This document shows, in pieces, positions 49,172 to 61,790 of a stretch of DNA of 64,000 nucleotides. The stretch is from NCBI RefSeq assembly GCF_030028105.1, contig NC_092397.1, positions 31,835,097-31,899,096 on the forward strand. Reading direction: 5' to 3'. The position numbers were made by a program, and so were the translations under genes. Position 1 is the first letter of the stretch; each line of letters starts with the position of its first letter. The notes beneath the pieces were generated by a model that was not told the origin of the DNA, searched no databases, and saw only the letters and a list, made by a program, of their open reading frames with translations. The stretch is from Mobula birostris (taxonomy: Eukaryota).

Positions 49172-50559
49172 TTCCTCGTCGGTTTCAAACACAATAATAA
49201 GCAGAAGCTGTCCGGAGCGCGGATTAAATAGGCAGTGCCCAAAGCGGTATGTTAATGAGGATGGGAATGCTGAGCATTTCCATTGGCTGTTTGGAGACAT
49301 GAATCACCAATCGGAACGCTGGGGGATGGGAAGCGGCGCCAATGGGCGGGGTTTACCGCTGTCGTTTGATGCGGGAGGAAGTACTGAAGGGCAGAGACAG
49401 GCCGGGGTGCGGGCTGAAATTGAAAAGGGAAACGCAAATTTCAAAAGCCGAATGAAAATAAAATCAGATGAAATATTGTAAAATTAAACACTAGGACATT
49501 TAGTTCATGACATAGGGCTGCAGGAGAGTGAAGGAGAGATTTGGACATTTCAGTGTAAAGTTTAAATCGAGTTTATTTATGCACAGGTGAAAGGAACAAA
49601 GTATTTGTAGCAGCATCACAGACATTGCATCAGAGACACAACACTGACAAGAAACACTGAAATTAAATATGAATTATACCAAAATATTCAAACAGACAGA
49701 AGACTATCAGAACAAAATCAAAATAACAAACAGATTATGCCGGCAGTGGGAGAATCATCCTTCTTGTGCTTCTTCATCTCGTCACTCTGGATTCAGTGTC
49801 ACACAACGCTGCCACTTTGATCTGGCCCATGCCTTCATTAACCAAGTCCAACACTTGCCTTTATTGCATCTTCCTTCTCCTTACACTGGTCATCGGGTTT
49901 GTGGGGGTGTGTGCCCCCTTGAACCTCAGGATTAGGTTTGAGGGTAGGGCTGGTGGATGTATATGCGGGGCTGGGAGAGATAATGCTGTGGAGTTTAGTA
50001 TGGTGAGATAGGTGGGGCTATGGTGGATAGGGTAGTGTAGTGGAGTCACTTCAATCTGGCCCATTCCTTTCATTAACGTGGCCTGACACCACTTGGCTTA
50101 ATGAACCGGGTGTTGCAAAGGGACACATCGTCAGTAATGCAACCTGGGGTCATTGGGTGTTTTGGGTCTTTAATCATGAGACATCCTCGCCCAGGCAACC
50201 CAGCCAGGGTTAATCAGGCCCGCTTGTGTTTATCCCATGGATCAAGGTAATGAGAGGCATGTACTTCTGCATGTTGTGGGTATTTTAAACCTTGTTACTT
50301 GGCTTTATTTTGACCATTTGGGGAGTAGAATGTTCTGAGGCCTAGTAATCAGGCTTTACCTCCAAGTAAGGTTCAACTTTCCTACTTTCAATTTAGAATT
50401 GTCTTTATTTTGCATCTGTATGCCTGGGATTGCATGGGTTAAATTAACAGTGTTCACTGCAGTACAAATTAGTGATTAGGTCTGTGGAGATTGGTCCATA
50501 ATTCCAAAATGCAAACATCTCTGAAATCCAGATTTTTTTGTGCTGACATGACATCACAA

Positions 50560-53000
50560 ATGGAGAATTTTACTCAGGATTAAATGGCTTGCCTAATGAA
50601 GAGAGTTGCACGGCTCTGGGCCTCTATTTATTGGAACTTCGAAGAAAGAAGGGTTACCAAATTGAAACCTATCAAATAGTGAAAGAGCTTGATTGAGTGG
50701 ATGTGGAGAGGATTTTTCTTGTGATGGGTGTGTCTAAAACTGGACCACACAGCTTCACAATAGAGGGTCATCCTTTTAGAATGGAAATAAGGAGGAATTT
50801 CTTCAGCCAGAGAGTGGTGAATCTGTGAATTTTTTTGCTACAGGCAGCTGTGGAGGCCAAATCACTGGGTATAGGCAGAGATTGATAGATTCTTGATTGG
50901 TCAGGGCATGAAGGGATACAATGGAAGGCAGGAGATTGGGGCTGAGAGGAAAAATTGATCAGTGATGATGAAATGCCAGAGAAGGCTCAACAGGCAAAAT
51001 GGTCGAATTCTGCTCCTGTATCTTATGGTCTTATGGACTCACTTAGTGACTAAATCTCTCCCAGAGATCTCAGCTTTGACTCAACCCAGCAACTGAGGCT
51101 CCACATTACTTATATAAGGAATACAGAAGTTCTTTGTTCTCTGATTAACAAAATATCTCATTTCCATCCTGAATGCTTGTCACCTCATTCTGAGCAACAG
51201 ACACAAAATGCTGGAGGAAGTCAGCAGGCCAGGCAGCATCTATGGAAAAGAGTAACGAGTCGATGCTTCGGGCTGAGAATCTTCACCCTGAGATCTGATG
51301 AAGTGTCTCGGCCCGAAGTGTCGACTGTTAACTCTTTTTCATAGAGGCTGCCTGTCCTGCTGAGTTCTTCCAGCATTTTGTGTGTGTTGCGTTTGATTTC
51401 TAGCATCAGCAGATTCTCTCGTGTTTGTGATTTACACCTCATTCTAAGGGTATTTTCCTCAGATATGGAGTTCTCATTCAGGGGAAAGATCCTCCTTGCC
51501 TATTGCCTGTCATATCCTGAAAGAATCTAACAGATTTCCTCGTTTTCTCATGAACAGCAGGGAATACAGACCCAGCGCACTCACTCTCCTCTCATATAAC
51601 CAACCTTCCATCCCCGGAACCAACCCAGTCAGTGTGGGGAACAGTCACTGCACTCCCTCTATTGCAGGGATATCCTTCCTGAGGAAGTGTGACCAAACCT
51701 GGACACGATACTCAAGGTGTGCTCTCACCAGGGCCCTATATAATCCCAGTGAGACCTCTGTACCCTCTTGTACAATCCCCATGGATCACAGGACAAAATA
51801 CTGTTTGAACATAGAATAGTACAGCACAGTACAGGCCCTTCGGCCCACAATGTTGTGCCGACCCTCAAACCCTGCCTCCCATATAAATAGAACATAGAAT
51901 AGTACAGCACAGTTCAGGCACTCTCATTACTTGTTGTATCTGCATGTAAGCTCAAGTGATTTGTTTGCAAGGATGCCCAGGTCCCTCTGAACATCCCTGT
52001 GTGGAAATGACTCTTACAGTTTGTTCCTGGGAATGGGTGATCACACATTTCCCCACATTCTGTTCCATCTGCCACATCCTCAACCGTTCACTCTCCTGTC
52101 TACATCCCCCAAACCTTCTCACTACTGACACTGTCTCTCCCACTCTGCCACAGCAGCAGACGTAGTTACTGAGTTATGCAGCACAGAAACAGGTCCTTCA
52201 GCCCAACACATCCATGCTGACCAAGTGGCCAAACAAAATTATTGTCAGTTGCCTGCTTTTGGCCCATGTCCCTGTGAAACTTCCCTCTCCACAGTCCAAG
52301 AGATATTGCAACTGTGCCCACCTACACCACCACTTGGGGTAGTTTGTTCCATGTAAACAGCACATTCTGTGTACAAAACCTGCTCCTCAGGGTCCTATTT
52401 AAATCTTTCCTCTCTCACTTTATATCTGTAATCTCTCGCTTCCAACTCCATAAACCTGGAGATAACAGATTCACTGTTGACCGTATCTATGACTGCCATT
52501 ATTTTATCACCTCTCTAATATCACATACACTCTGGTGAGAAAGGTCCTGGCCTATGCAGCCTCCTGTTAAATCCCTTTTGCACCCTCTCCAGTTTAATGT
52601 CACCCTCTGATCCCAGGGCAACTATAACTGTACTCCGTGCTCCGAGAGTAGTTTCCCCGAGGCTGGTAGAGCTGTAATGTGACGTCACAGTCCAGTGCCC
52701 GATACTCGACCCGATGAATGCGAGTGTGGCGAACAGCTTCTTCACCGTCCTGCCTACCTGTGTTTACACTCTGAAGGAATTCGATATCTACACCTCGATA
52801 TCTCTGTTTTACAGCACTCCCAGGGACAGACCATTCCCCACGGCAGTTCTGCCCTGGTTCGTCAATGACAATGGAACATCTCACATTTATCTGTCATTCC
52901 TCAAATCAGTGACCTCATTGATCACCGTCCTGTTGTAATGTTAGTTACATTGTTTCACACTCCACGATATCACCAACTTTAGTGACATCGATAAATTTGC
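50560..53000. mobile_element. CR1-clade fragments
   Basis: FRMEIRRNFFSQRVVNL (+, ~50775-50825); minus-strand RT pieces at 51500-51780 and 52200-52990; duplicated catagaa tail at ~51810-51915. Confidence 0.68.
51195..51430. mobile_element. PLE-derived fold-back insertion
   Basis: Inverted arms; CTGATGA..CCC-GAAG-TGTC-GACT at ~51295-51327; TSD cacctcattct (51181-51191 / 51435-51445). Confidence 0.78.
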
Positions 53001-53238
53001 TGAGCCGGGCAGTGACGTTATCAGCCCTGACTCAGCTCCCAGGCTTTTCCTCGCAGCGATACACGCGCAGTGCTGGAGGAACTCAGCAGGCCAGGCAGCA
53101 TCTATGAGAAACTGGAAACAGCCAACGTTTCAGGCCGAGACCCTCCATCAGCATCTGCACAATGGTCTTGTGTTTGGTTTTCCATCGATCCTAAATTACT
53201 GGATAACATGACCCATCCTCCAATCCTCTGCCACCACT

Positions 53239-53450
53239 CCTGCCCGAGAAACGCGCAGAGAGACAGAGGCGGGGAGGGGAGGAGACAGAGTCAGAGTGAC
53301 GGACAGAGCCGAGAGCGGCCTCTCATCGTCCAGCTCCGTCTTCACTTTAATACACCCGGCAATTTCCAACGGTTTGTCCGAAACACAGAGCTCCAGAGAG
53401 AGAGAAAAACTCCCTCACACACCACGTACAGAAGGAGTTCTAGGAATTTA
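53239..53450 (-). promoter_or_regulatory. orphan third copy of the H4 promoter, truncated before TATA
   Basis: cctgcccgagaaacgcgcagagagacagaggcggggagggg...tcatcgtccagctcc is identical to the H4 promoters at ~27255-27353 and ~54314-54411; no H4 CDS follows. Confidence 0.9.
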
Positions 53451-53878
53451 CTGGCGGTTGGACTTCATCGGATCAGAATACAGTGTGATTGGCGCAGGAT
53501 CAATTTCAAATTGCCCGCCAATTTCAAAGCACCCAGCAACGGTGATGGAAGACTTTTTAAAAAATTATTTACCGTTAGTTTTATCACGCATTATACAATT
53601 TCAGTTTCATTTAATATCTAATCCCCTAAGATTTAAATGCATAATTACGGAGTCGCTTCTCTAAACGAGTGAACTGATTCCTGTCCGAGACGGATAAAAG
53701 GATGAAGATCGATCTTAACGCGTTCAGAGGTTCTGAAGTAATCACCGACTGGAAAGGCAGATTCGCAGGAATATTGCAAACCGAACCGATTAATGTGTTT
53801 CAAATGTAACTCAGCTGAATGTATCGATAAAAATAATTAAAAGGTTGTGGATACGGCTCCGTCTGTGAGGCGGTGGGT

Positions 53879-53894
53879 GGCTCTTAGAAGAGCC
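53879..53894 (-). terminator. histone 3' stem-loop (H4 copy 2)
   Basis: GGCTCT-TCTA-AGAGCC-ACCCA. Confidence 0.95.
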
Positions 53895-53927
53895 TTTGTT
53901 TCGTGCTCGGGAGGAAGTGGGAGTTTT

Positions 53928-54248
<321 letters not shown>

Positions 54249-56719
54249 TCACTCAGGTCGCTGCTCACTGACAAACTGCCTGCTGCTGTCTCCTTTTATA
54301 CACAGCGCCCCGACCTGCCCGAGAAACGCGCAGAGAGACAGAGGCGGGGAGGGGAGGAGACAGAGTCAGAGTGACGGACAGAGCCGAGAGCGGCCTCTCA
54401 TCGTCCAGCTCCACCTTCACTTTACCACAACCGCCAATTTCCAACGATTCATCCGACACAAAGCGCTCCAGCGAAAAACAAAACTCCCTCACACACAGTC
54501 TGAAAAGAACGAGAGCCAATGTCAGGCTAATAAACATGGTGGGACTGATGGGCTGAAATGAGTTTATTTCAACACTAGGAGTACTATGTTATCGGACGGA
54601 CAGGGCTGGCAGCTCAACATTCCTGGGTTTCATTGTTTTACATGTGAGTGGGGGGTTAAAAATGCAGAGGTTACCTCACTGGGAATGTCACAGCAAACTG
54701 GAAGGTTCATTTACAGAGGCAATCTGCAGTTACACTGTTGGGGCGTTTGTATTGGCCCCGCAACAACCAGTGGGGGGACATTATCTTCTCTAGATTAACT
54801 GGAACTTGCTTAATTCTTAAATGCGCCAGATTTCTTCAGTGAATCTGAGAGGTGTTTGAAACATTATGTACAGGGCCCAACCAGAGGTGAGAACAGATGG
54901 GAATGAGCCAGGCCAGGTGACAGTTGAGAGTCAGTGAACATTTTGGGAACAGTGATCACAAGTTTCTTTTTTTCTTAGTTACAAGTAAAAATAAAAGTAG
55001 ATCTTGTATGAAGGTACTAATTTGCAGGAGGACAAGTCAGGACGGAGGAAGACAGGAGCCAGGCAACATTGATTGGGAGCAGCCACTGTCAGACAAGTCC
55101 ACATCTGATGTGTGGGAGTTGTTTAAAGACCAGCAACTCTGAGTTCAGGATCAGCATGTTCCGGTGAGGAGTGAGGAGAAGGATGGTAAGTAAGGGATCT
55201 TTAGACAAGCAGAGAGATCCTAAATTTAGTCAAAAGGTTATGGAAAGTTTGTGAAGCTAAAGTCAGACTGGGTACCTTTGGAATATAAAGGTAGCAGGGA
55301 AATGCTAAAGCAGGTGATAGGAAAGGCCAAAAGGGGCCACAAACTGTCCTTGTAATGTAGGACCAAAGATGATCCCAAGGCCTTGTGATTTGTATTAATA
55401 AGACGAGGATAACCAGAGAATAGAAATGTCGACTCAAGATTAAAGGAGGAATGATGTGGTTGAAGTCAGATCAAGTGGCTGAGGTACTAAATGAGTACGT
55501 TGTGTCAGTATTTACTGAAGTGAAGGAATTGAATGGCAATGAAAACAGAATGAGGCATGCGAATGTGCAGAGACATTTTGAGATTAAGGAGCAAGTTGTG
55601 CTGGGACATCTGAAAAGCAATAAGATGGATAAGACTCCAGGGCCTGAAGGCAAATATCCTACAACAGTGAAAGAAACAAGTGAGCAGATTGCCGGTGATT
55701 TGACAAGGATCTATGTGTCCTCGATCACAACATGTGAGGTCCCACAGGACTAGAGTGTCAGAAATATTGCAGCTTTGATCAAGAAGGGAAATAACAAGAA
55801 TCCAGGAATCTATAGGCAAGGCAGCCTCATTTCAGTGGTAGAGAAGCTACTGGGGAGGATACTGAGGCACAGGATTTATGCACATTCGGAAAGGCATGGC
55901 CTGCTTAGGGACAATCAACATGGTTTTGTGTGGGCAGATCATGCTTGACAAAATTGATTGAGGTTTCTCAGGAAGTGACACAGGCTAAGATATAGGAGCA
56001 GAATTCAACCATTTGGCCCGTCGTCTGCTCCGACATTTCATTGTGGCTGATCCATTTTTCCTTTCGGCCCCAGTCTCCTGCCTTTCCCCTGTATCCCTTC
56101 ATACTCTGACCAATCAAGAATCTATCAACCTCTGCCTTAAATATACATAAAGTCCTGGCTTAACAGCTCCCTGTGGCAATGAATTCCACAGATGAACCAC
56201 TCTCTGGCTAAAGAAATTCCTCATCTCCACATTCTACAAGGATATTCTTCTATTCTGAGGCTGTGTCTTGATATTAGACACTCCCATCTTCTGCACATCC
56301 ACTTTATCACTGCCTTTCACCATTCGATAGGTTTCAATTGGGCCACCCCTCATTGTTCAAACATTCCAGTGAATACAGGCCCAGAGCCATCAAACACTCT
56401 TCATATGACAAGATGTTTCATCCTGGAATCAATCTGGAGAACCTCCTTTGAAACCCATCGAGTTTCAGCTCATCCTTCCTAAGATGAAGAGCCCAAAACT
56501 GCTCACAATACTCCAGTGAGACCTCCACAGTACTTAATAAAGTCCGATCATTACTATGATTGGCGCAGATATTGTGAGACGAAGGGCAGGTTGCCATCTG
56601 TTCCATATTGTGTACTGATGAATATGTTTGATCTGACAGTAATTGCAGGGACATGGTTACAGAGACTGGGACTTCGACATTCCACTATATTCAATGTTCC
56701 ACACGGAATTGGCAAAATG

Positions 56720-58225
56720 TAAGTTATTAGGTTTTATTGTTTTGCAATGGATTTAATTTGGCTTTTTTGACACTGATCAACAGAAAAGACTATGGTGTCA
56801 AAGTGAAAACAGGTCTAAATTAATTGTAAATATGGAACAAAATAATTCATTGCCTTAGTATTTACCTCCTTCAAAGCCGTAATTAGTTGATGCACCTTTG
56901 GCAGTATTTACAGTTGAGTCTGTGTGGATAGGTGTCTATCAGCTTTGCACATCTGAACACCGCAATTTTTCCCCATTCTTCTTTACAAAACTGCAGAAGC
57001 TCTGTCAGAATGCATGGGTTGGTGAGCGAACACTTCTTTTCAAGTCCAGCCACAAATTCTCAATTGGATTGAGGTCTGAACTCTCACAAAGCCACTCCAG
57101 GACATTAACTTTGTTGTTTTAAGGCATTCCTTTGCAGCTTTGGTTTTATGCTTGTGGTCATTGTCATGCTGGAAAATTAATTTTCTCCTAAGTCGCAGTT
57201 CTCTTGAAGACTGAATTTGGTTTTCCTCCAGGATTTCCCTGTATTTTGCTGCATTCATTTCACCCTCTACTTTTATGTGCCTTTCAGGGCCTGCTGCAGT
57301 GAAGCATACCCACAGGATGATGCAGCCTCCACCATACTTCACGGTAGGGATGGTGTGTTTTTGATGTTGTGCGGTGTTTGGCTTACTCCAAACTTAGTGT
57401 TTGTGATGGTCAAAAGGTTCAATTTTGTTTTCATCAGACCATAGAATCTTCTTCCAACTAACTTCAGAGTCCCCAACAATTCTGGGAAACTCCAGGGAAG
57501 ATTTCATCAGAGCATTTTTCAACACTGGCTTTTTCTCTGCCACTCTCCCGTAAAGCTGCGACTGGTGAAACACCCGGGCAACAGTTGATGTATGCACAAT
57601 CTCTCCCACCACTGAAGCTTGTAACTCCTCTAGAGTTATCATAGGTCTCCTGGTGGCCTCCCCCACTGGCCCCTTCTTGCATGGCCATTCAGTTTTTGAG
57701 GATAGTCTGCTCTTGGTAGATTTACAGCTGTGCCATATACTTCCCACTTCTGGATGAGTGACTTAACTATACTCCAAGGGCATTCAGTGACTTGGAAATG
57801 TTCTTGTATCCATCTCCTGGCTTGTGTTTGTCAATTACCTGTTTGCAGAGCAGCTCAGAGTGTTGATTTGTCTTCACGGTGTAGTTTCTCCCAGGATACT
57901 GACTCACCAGCAGTTCGACCTTCCACTTACAGGTGTACTATTACTACAATCAATTGAAACACCTTGACTGCACACGGTGATCCCCATTTAACTGATCATG
58001 CAACATCGAAAACTAGTTGGCTGCACCAATGATGATTCGGTGTGTCAGTGTCATATTAAAGGGGGTGAATAATTAAACAGACAATTATTTTGTGTTTTAG
58101 ATTTGTAATTAGTTTAGAGCATTTTGTAGAGATTTGTTTTCCCTTTGACACAAAAGAGTCTTTTTCCATTGATTGGTTTCAAAAAAAGCCAAATTCAATC
58201 CACTGAGATTCAATGCTGTAAATTT
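56720..58225 (-). mobile_element. near-full-length decayed Tc1-like transposon with long terminal inverted repeats
   Basis: ILWSDENKIE, KYGGGCIILW.CF, FQHDNDHKH motifs; ~200-bp imperfect inverted ends (~56745-56900 vs ~58020-58205). Confidence 0.88.
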
Positions 58226-61200
58226 TCATAGGAACTTTATATGTAGGGACAATGATGGTGAAAGGGGGAGGGAAAGACAACATTGGTAGGAGCGGCCTCA
58301 AGATCCTGGGGTGTGGTCAAAGGCATTCAAGGAAATATTAAATCAAAGAACATACAAAGAGGCGCTGGTGGTGCACAAGAGAATCAGAGATTTTCTAGGA
58401 ACCAGTGAAAAGCTAAAAGTAAAAAGGAACACGCAGAGAAGTTAACTCAATAATTTGCATTAGTGCTCACAGTGGGACACAGCAAACATCCCACAGATAT
58501 CTAACGGTGACATTTCAACATTGTGCCATAATGTATAACAATTGGCATCACAAGGGAGAAACTAATGGGACTAAAAGCAAACTTTACCAGGTCCCAACGA
58601 CCTGCACTGGAGGGTTTCACAGGAAGTCTGTAGAGAAAGTAGAGACATTGAAGTTTGTCAAAACTCACTGTTACAGAAAGGTCCCAGTGGAGTTGCAAAA
58701 CCATTGCTGAAGAAGGGTGGAAGATAAAAAGCAGGTAACTGTAGTCCTGTTAACTTCACTTCAGGTACTGGAGTTGATAATCTATCAAGAAATAACAAAT
58801 CATTTGGAAAAGTTTAATGTCTACAGTCAGGTTCACACAGATTCCACGATGACCAAAGTTCCCATCTGAGCTTGTGGTCTGTAACCCCCTCACCACCACA
58901 TTATGAAGAAGGTTATCCTCCTCCTTGTCCCATTTCTCTGCATTTGGCCCAGATACTTCAAAACCTTTTCTTTCCATCTATCTGTCCAAGTGCCTTTTTA
59001 ATGTCCCTGACTCAACCATTCCCCCTAGCAGCTCATTCCATTTCCAGCCTCCAGGTCCCTCATGATTTTATACACCTCTGCAATATCAGCACTCATTCTC
59101 CAACATTACAGGGAAAATTATCCAAAACACCTTTCCACAAATCCTTTGAGATCCAGTAACATCCCCATAAATCTCCTCTGTGCTCTTTCCAGCTGAATGG
59201 TGTCTGTCATACAGCAGGGTCACAGAAACTAAACACTATTTGCAAAATGTGGCCAAACCAACGTGTTGGACAACTGCAACATCTCATCCCAGCTTCTATA
59301 TTCGGGGCCCTGAGTGAAGGCCAGTGTTCCAAAAGCCTCTTCACCACCCTGTCCATCTGGAACCTGGTCTTGGACCCTGTAACCTGGGTTGTTGAATGTT
59401 AAGTCATGTTTGACAAACACACCAGAGATTTAAGACTTTACAGGGGAAGTTGGAGAAGTGGTGTTTTTGGATTTTCAGGAGCCATTTGCCAAGGTGCCAC
59501 ATGTAAGGCTGGTGCACAAGACCAGAGCTCAGTACTGGGAAGGAAGTGTGTTAATACTGACTGAAGACTGGTCATCATACTGAGACAGAATAACAGGTCT
59601 GTTTCAGACTGGGATGATATAACTAGTGGAGTGTCCCAGCGACCAGTTCTGGATTGTCAATGATTTATTATTGATATTAATGACCCGGAGGAGCGGCAGA
59701 GAGTGAGGAATCCACGGTGGCAATGACAGTGAATGTGGTGGGGGACATGTTGTGAATGGACATTTCATCTCTTCAATGGGACATGGGAAGCTGGCGAGCA
59801 GAATACATGGTAAATGGAGTTTAATGTATTGAAGTGTGAAGGCATGTAGAGTGGTAGGAGGAATCAAAAGTCAAACTATTATTTATGTGGAGATAAATTG
59901 TAAATGAGAGAAATAGAGAGGGGTCGAGGTGCTGAACTACACAACAAAATAGAGACAGGAGCAGTGAGTGGTTCATAAAGCCATATATGACCAAGGTTTA
60001 GAGCTGAATGGTCCATTGACATTTACTGCTGGGGTGTTGGTGCAGAGAAACAGAGAAGTGTTGTTACTGTGACAGACAAGTGCACAATGATGGATTTTGG
60101 GAAGTTAAAGCAGGTCAGGACATACCCAGTGAATGGAGGGTCCTGAGGAGTGTTGATGAAAGAGAAACCTGGGGCACAGGTACCGTACTCCCTGAAAGTG
60201 GCAACACAGGCAGACAAGGTGGTGAAGAAGGAGCACAACATGCTTGTCTTCATCGGCAAAGGCTCTGAGAGGAGTTGGGACATCACATTACAGTTGTACA
60301 AATCAATAATGACACCACACCAGGAGTACCCTGTGCAGTTCTGGTTACATGAGAGGAAGGATGTGATTAAGCTGGAAAGGTGCAGAAACAATTCACAGGA
60401 ATGTTACCTGCTCTGGGGGCTTGAGTTACAAGGAAATATCAGACTGACTGGGACTGTTTTCCCTGGAGTGAAGGAGACTGAGGGGGAGACCTGACAGAAG
60501 ATTATAGAACTATGAGAGGTGTAAACAAGGTAAACAGGCAAGATCATTTTGCCAGGGTAGAAATATCAAATATGAGAAGGCGCAGCTTTAAAATGCCAGG
60601 GTGAGAATTTAAAGGTGGACATTAGGACAGGTAAGATTTCTGTTTCTGTACAGAGAGTGGTGAGGGCCGGGTATGGGCTGCCATGGGGAGTGGTGGAAGC
60701 AGATATGATAATGACATTTAACAGGGTTTTAGATAACCAAATGAATATTCAGAGAATTGAAGCACATGAATTATAAGCAGGCAGAAGAGACTTAGTTTCA
60801 TTTGGCATCGTGTTCAGCACAGACATCATGGGAAGAAGGGTCTGTTCCTGTGCTGTACTGTTCTGTGTTCTCGGTGAGCCTCAGTGACAGGGGAGTCTTT
60901 AGCCGGGGTCACAGACAAGTGTATCTGTGGCAAGGAGAGAGACTGCACGATGGTGCATTGCCTCCCTGGTACCAGGGCCAAGGATGGAATTGAACAAGTA
61001 CAGGCCATTCTGAAAGGGCAGGGTGAGCAGCCAGAGGTCGTGGTCCATATTGACACCAACAAAAGAGAAAAGTCCTGCAAGGAGAACTCAGGGAGTTGGG
61101 GAAAAAGTTAAGTGGAAACTCTGTGGTCGGGGGGGGGTGTGGAAATCCCAGTGCCACCTGCTAGCGAGGGAAGAAATAAAAGTGTGATACAGTTATATGT

Positions 61201-61289
61201 GTGGTTCACGAGCTGGTGCAGGATGGAGGGTTTTAGTTACATGGATCATTGGGCTCTCCTTCAGGACAGGTGATGGGAAGAGTAAGATG

Positions 61290-61790
61290 TCAGCAACTGG
61301 CATTGACGGATGTGGATTAACACAGGAAGTAAGTCCAAATGGATAAATTACAGTGTCTCAGTAGCATTACAAGTGCACAGATATACAAATATCAGAAGAG
61401 AAGCAAGAGAAAGAATAAAAAGTAAGTTACCTCCAACAGTCTAACATGGGGGTGGGGTGGGGGGGGGGGGGTCATCACTTCCCCGGCTATTGGTTGACTC
61501 ATTATTGACCCTGACAGCCCAGTGTAAGAATGACTTCATACAGCGCTCCTTGGAGCAGCAGAGTTGTCTTATTCTGTTACAGAAGGTGCTCCTCTGTTCA
61601 GCCAAGGTGGCATGCAGAGGGTGAGAAACATTGTCCAGGATTGCCAGGATTTTCCGTAGGGTCCTTTGTTTTACCACGGCCCCCAGTGTGTCCAGTTTCT
61701 CTCCTATAACAGAACCAGCCTTTCCAATCAGTTTGAGTCGGATGGCATCACCCGTGTTGGTGCCATTGGCCCAGTACACCACTGTGAAGT
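61290..61790 (-). mobile_element. Rex1/Babar-like 3' fragment, only in the right arm
   Basis: AILDNVSHPLH...KSFL motif shared with ORF 6070-6669. Confidence 0.78.

Noticed and set aside
49750-50450. Unclassified segment upstream of H2B copy 2
   Set aside because: No recognisable coding motif or RNA structure; probably an unrecognised repeat, so no call made
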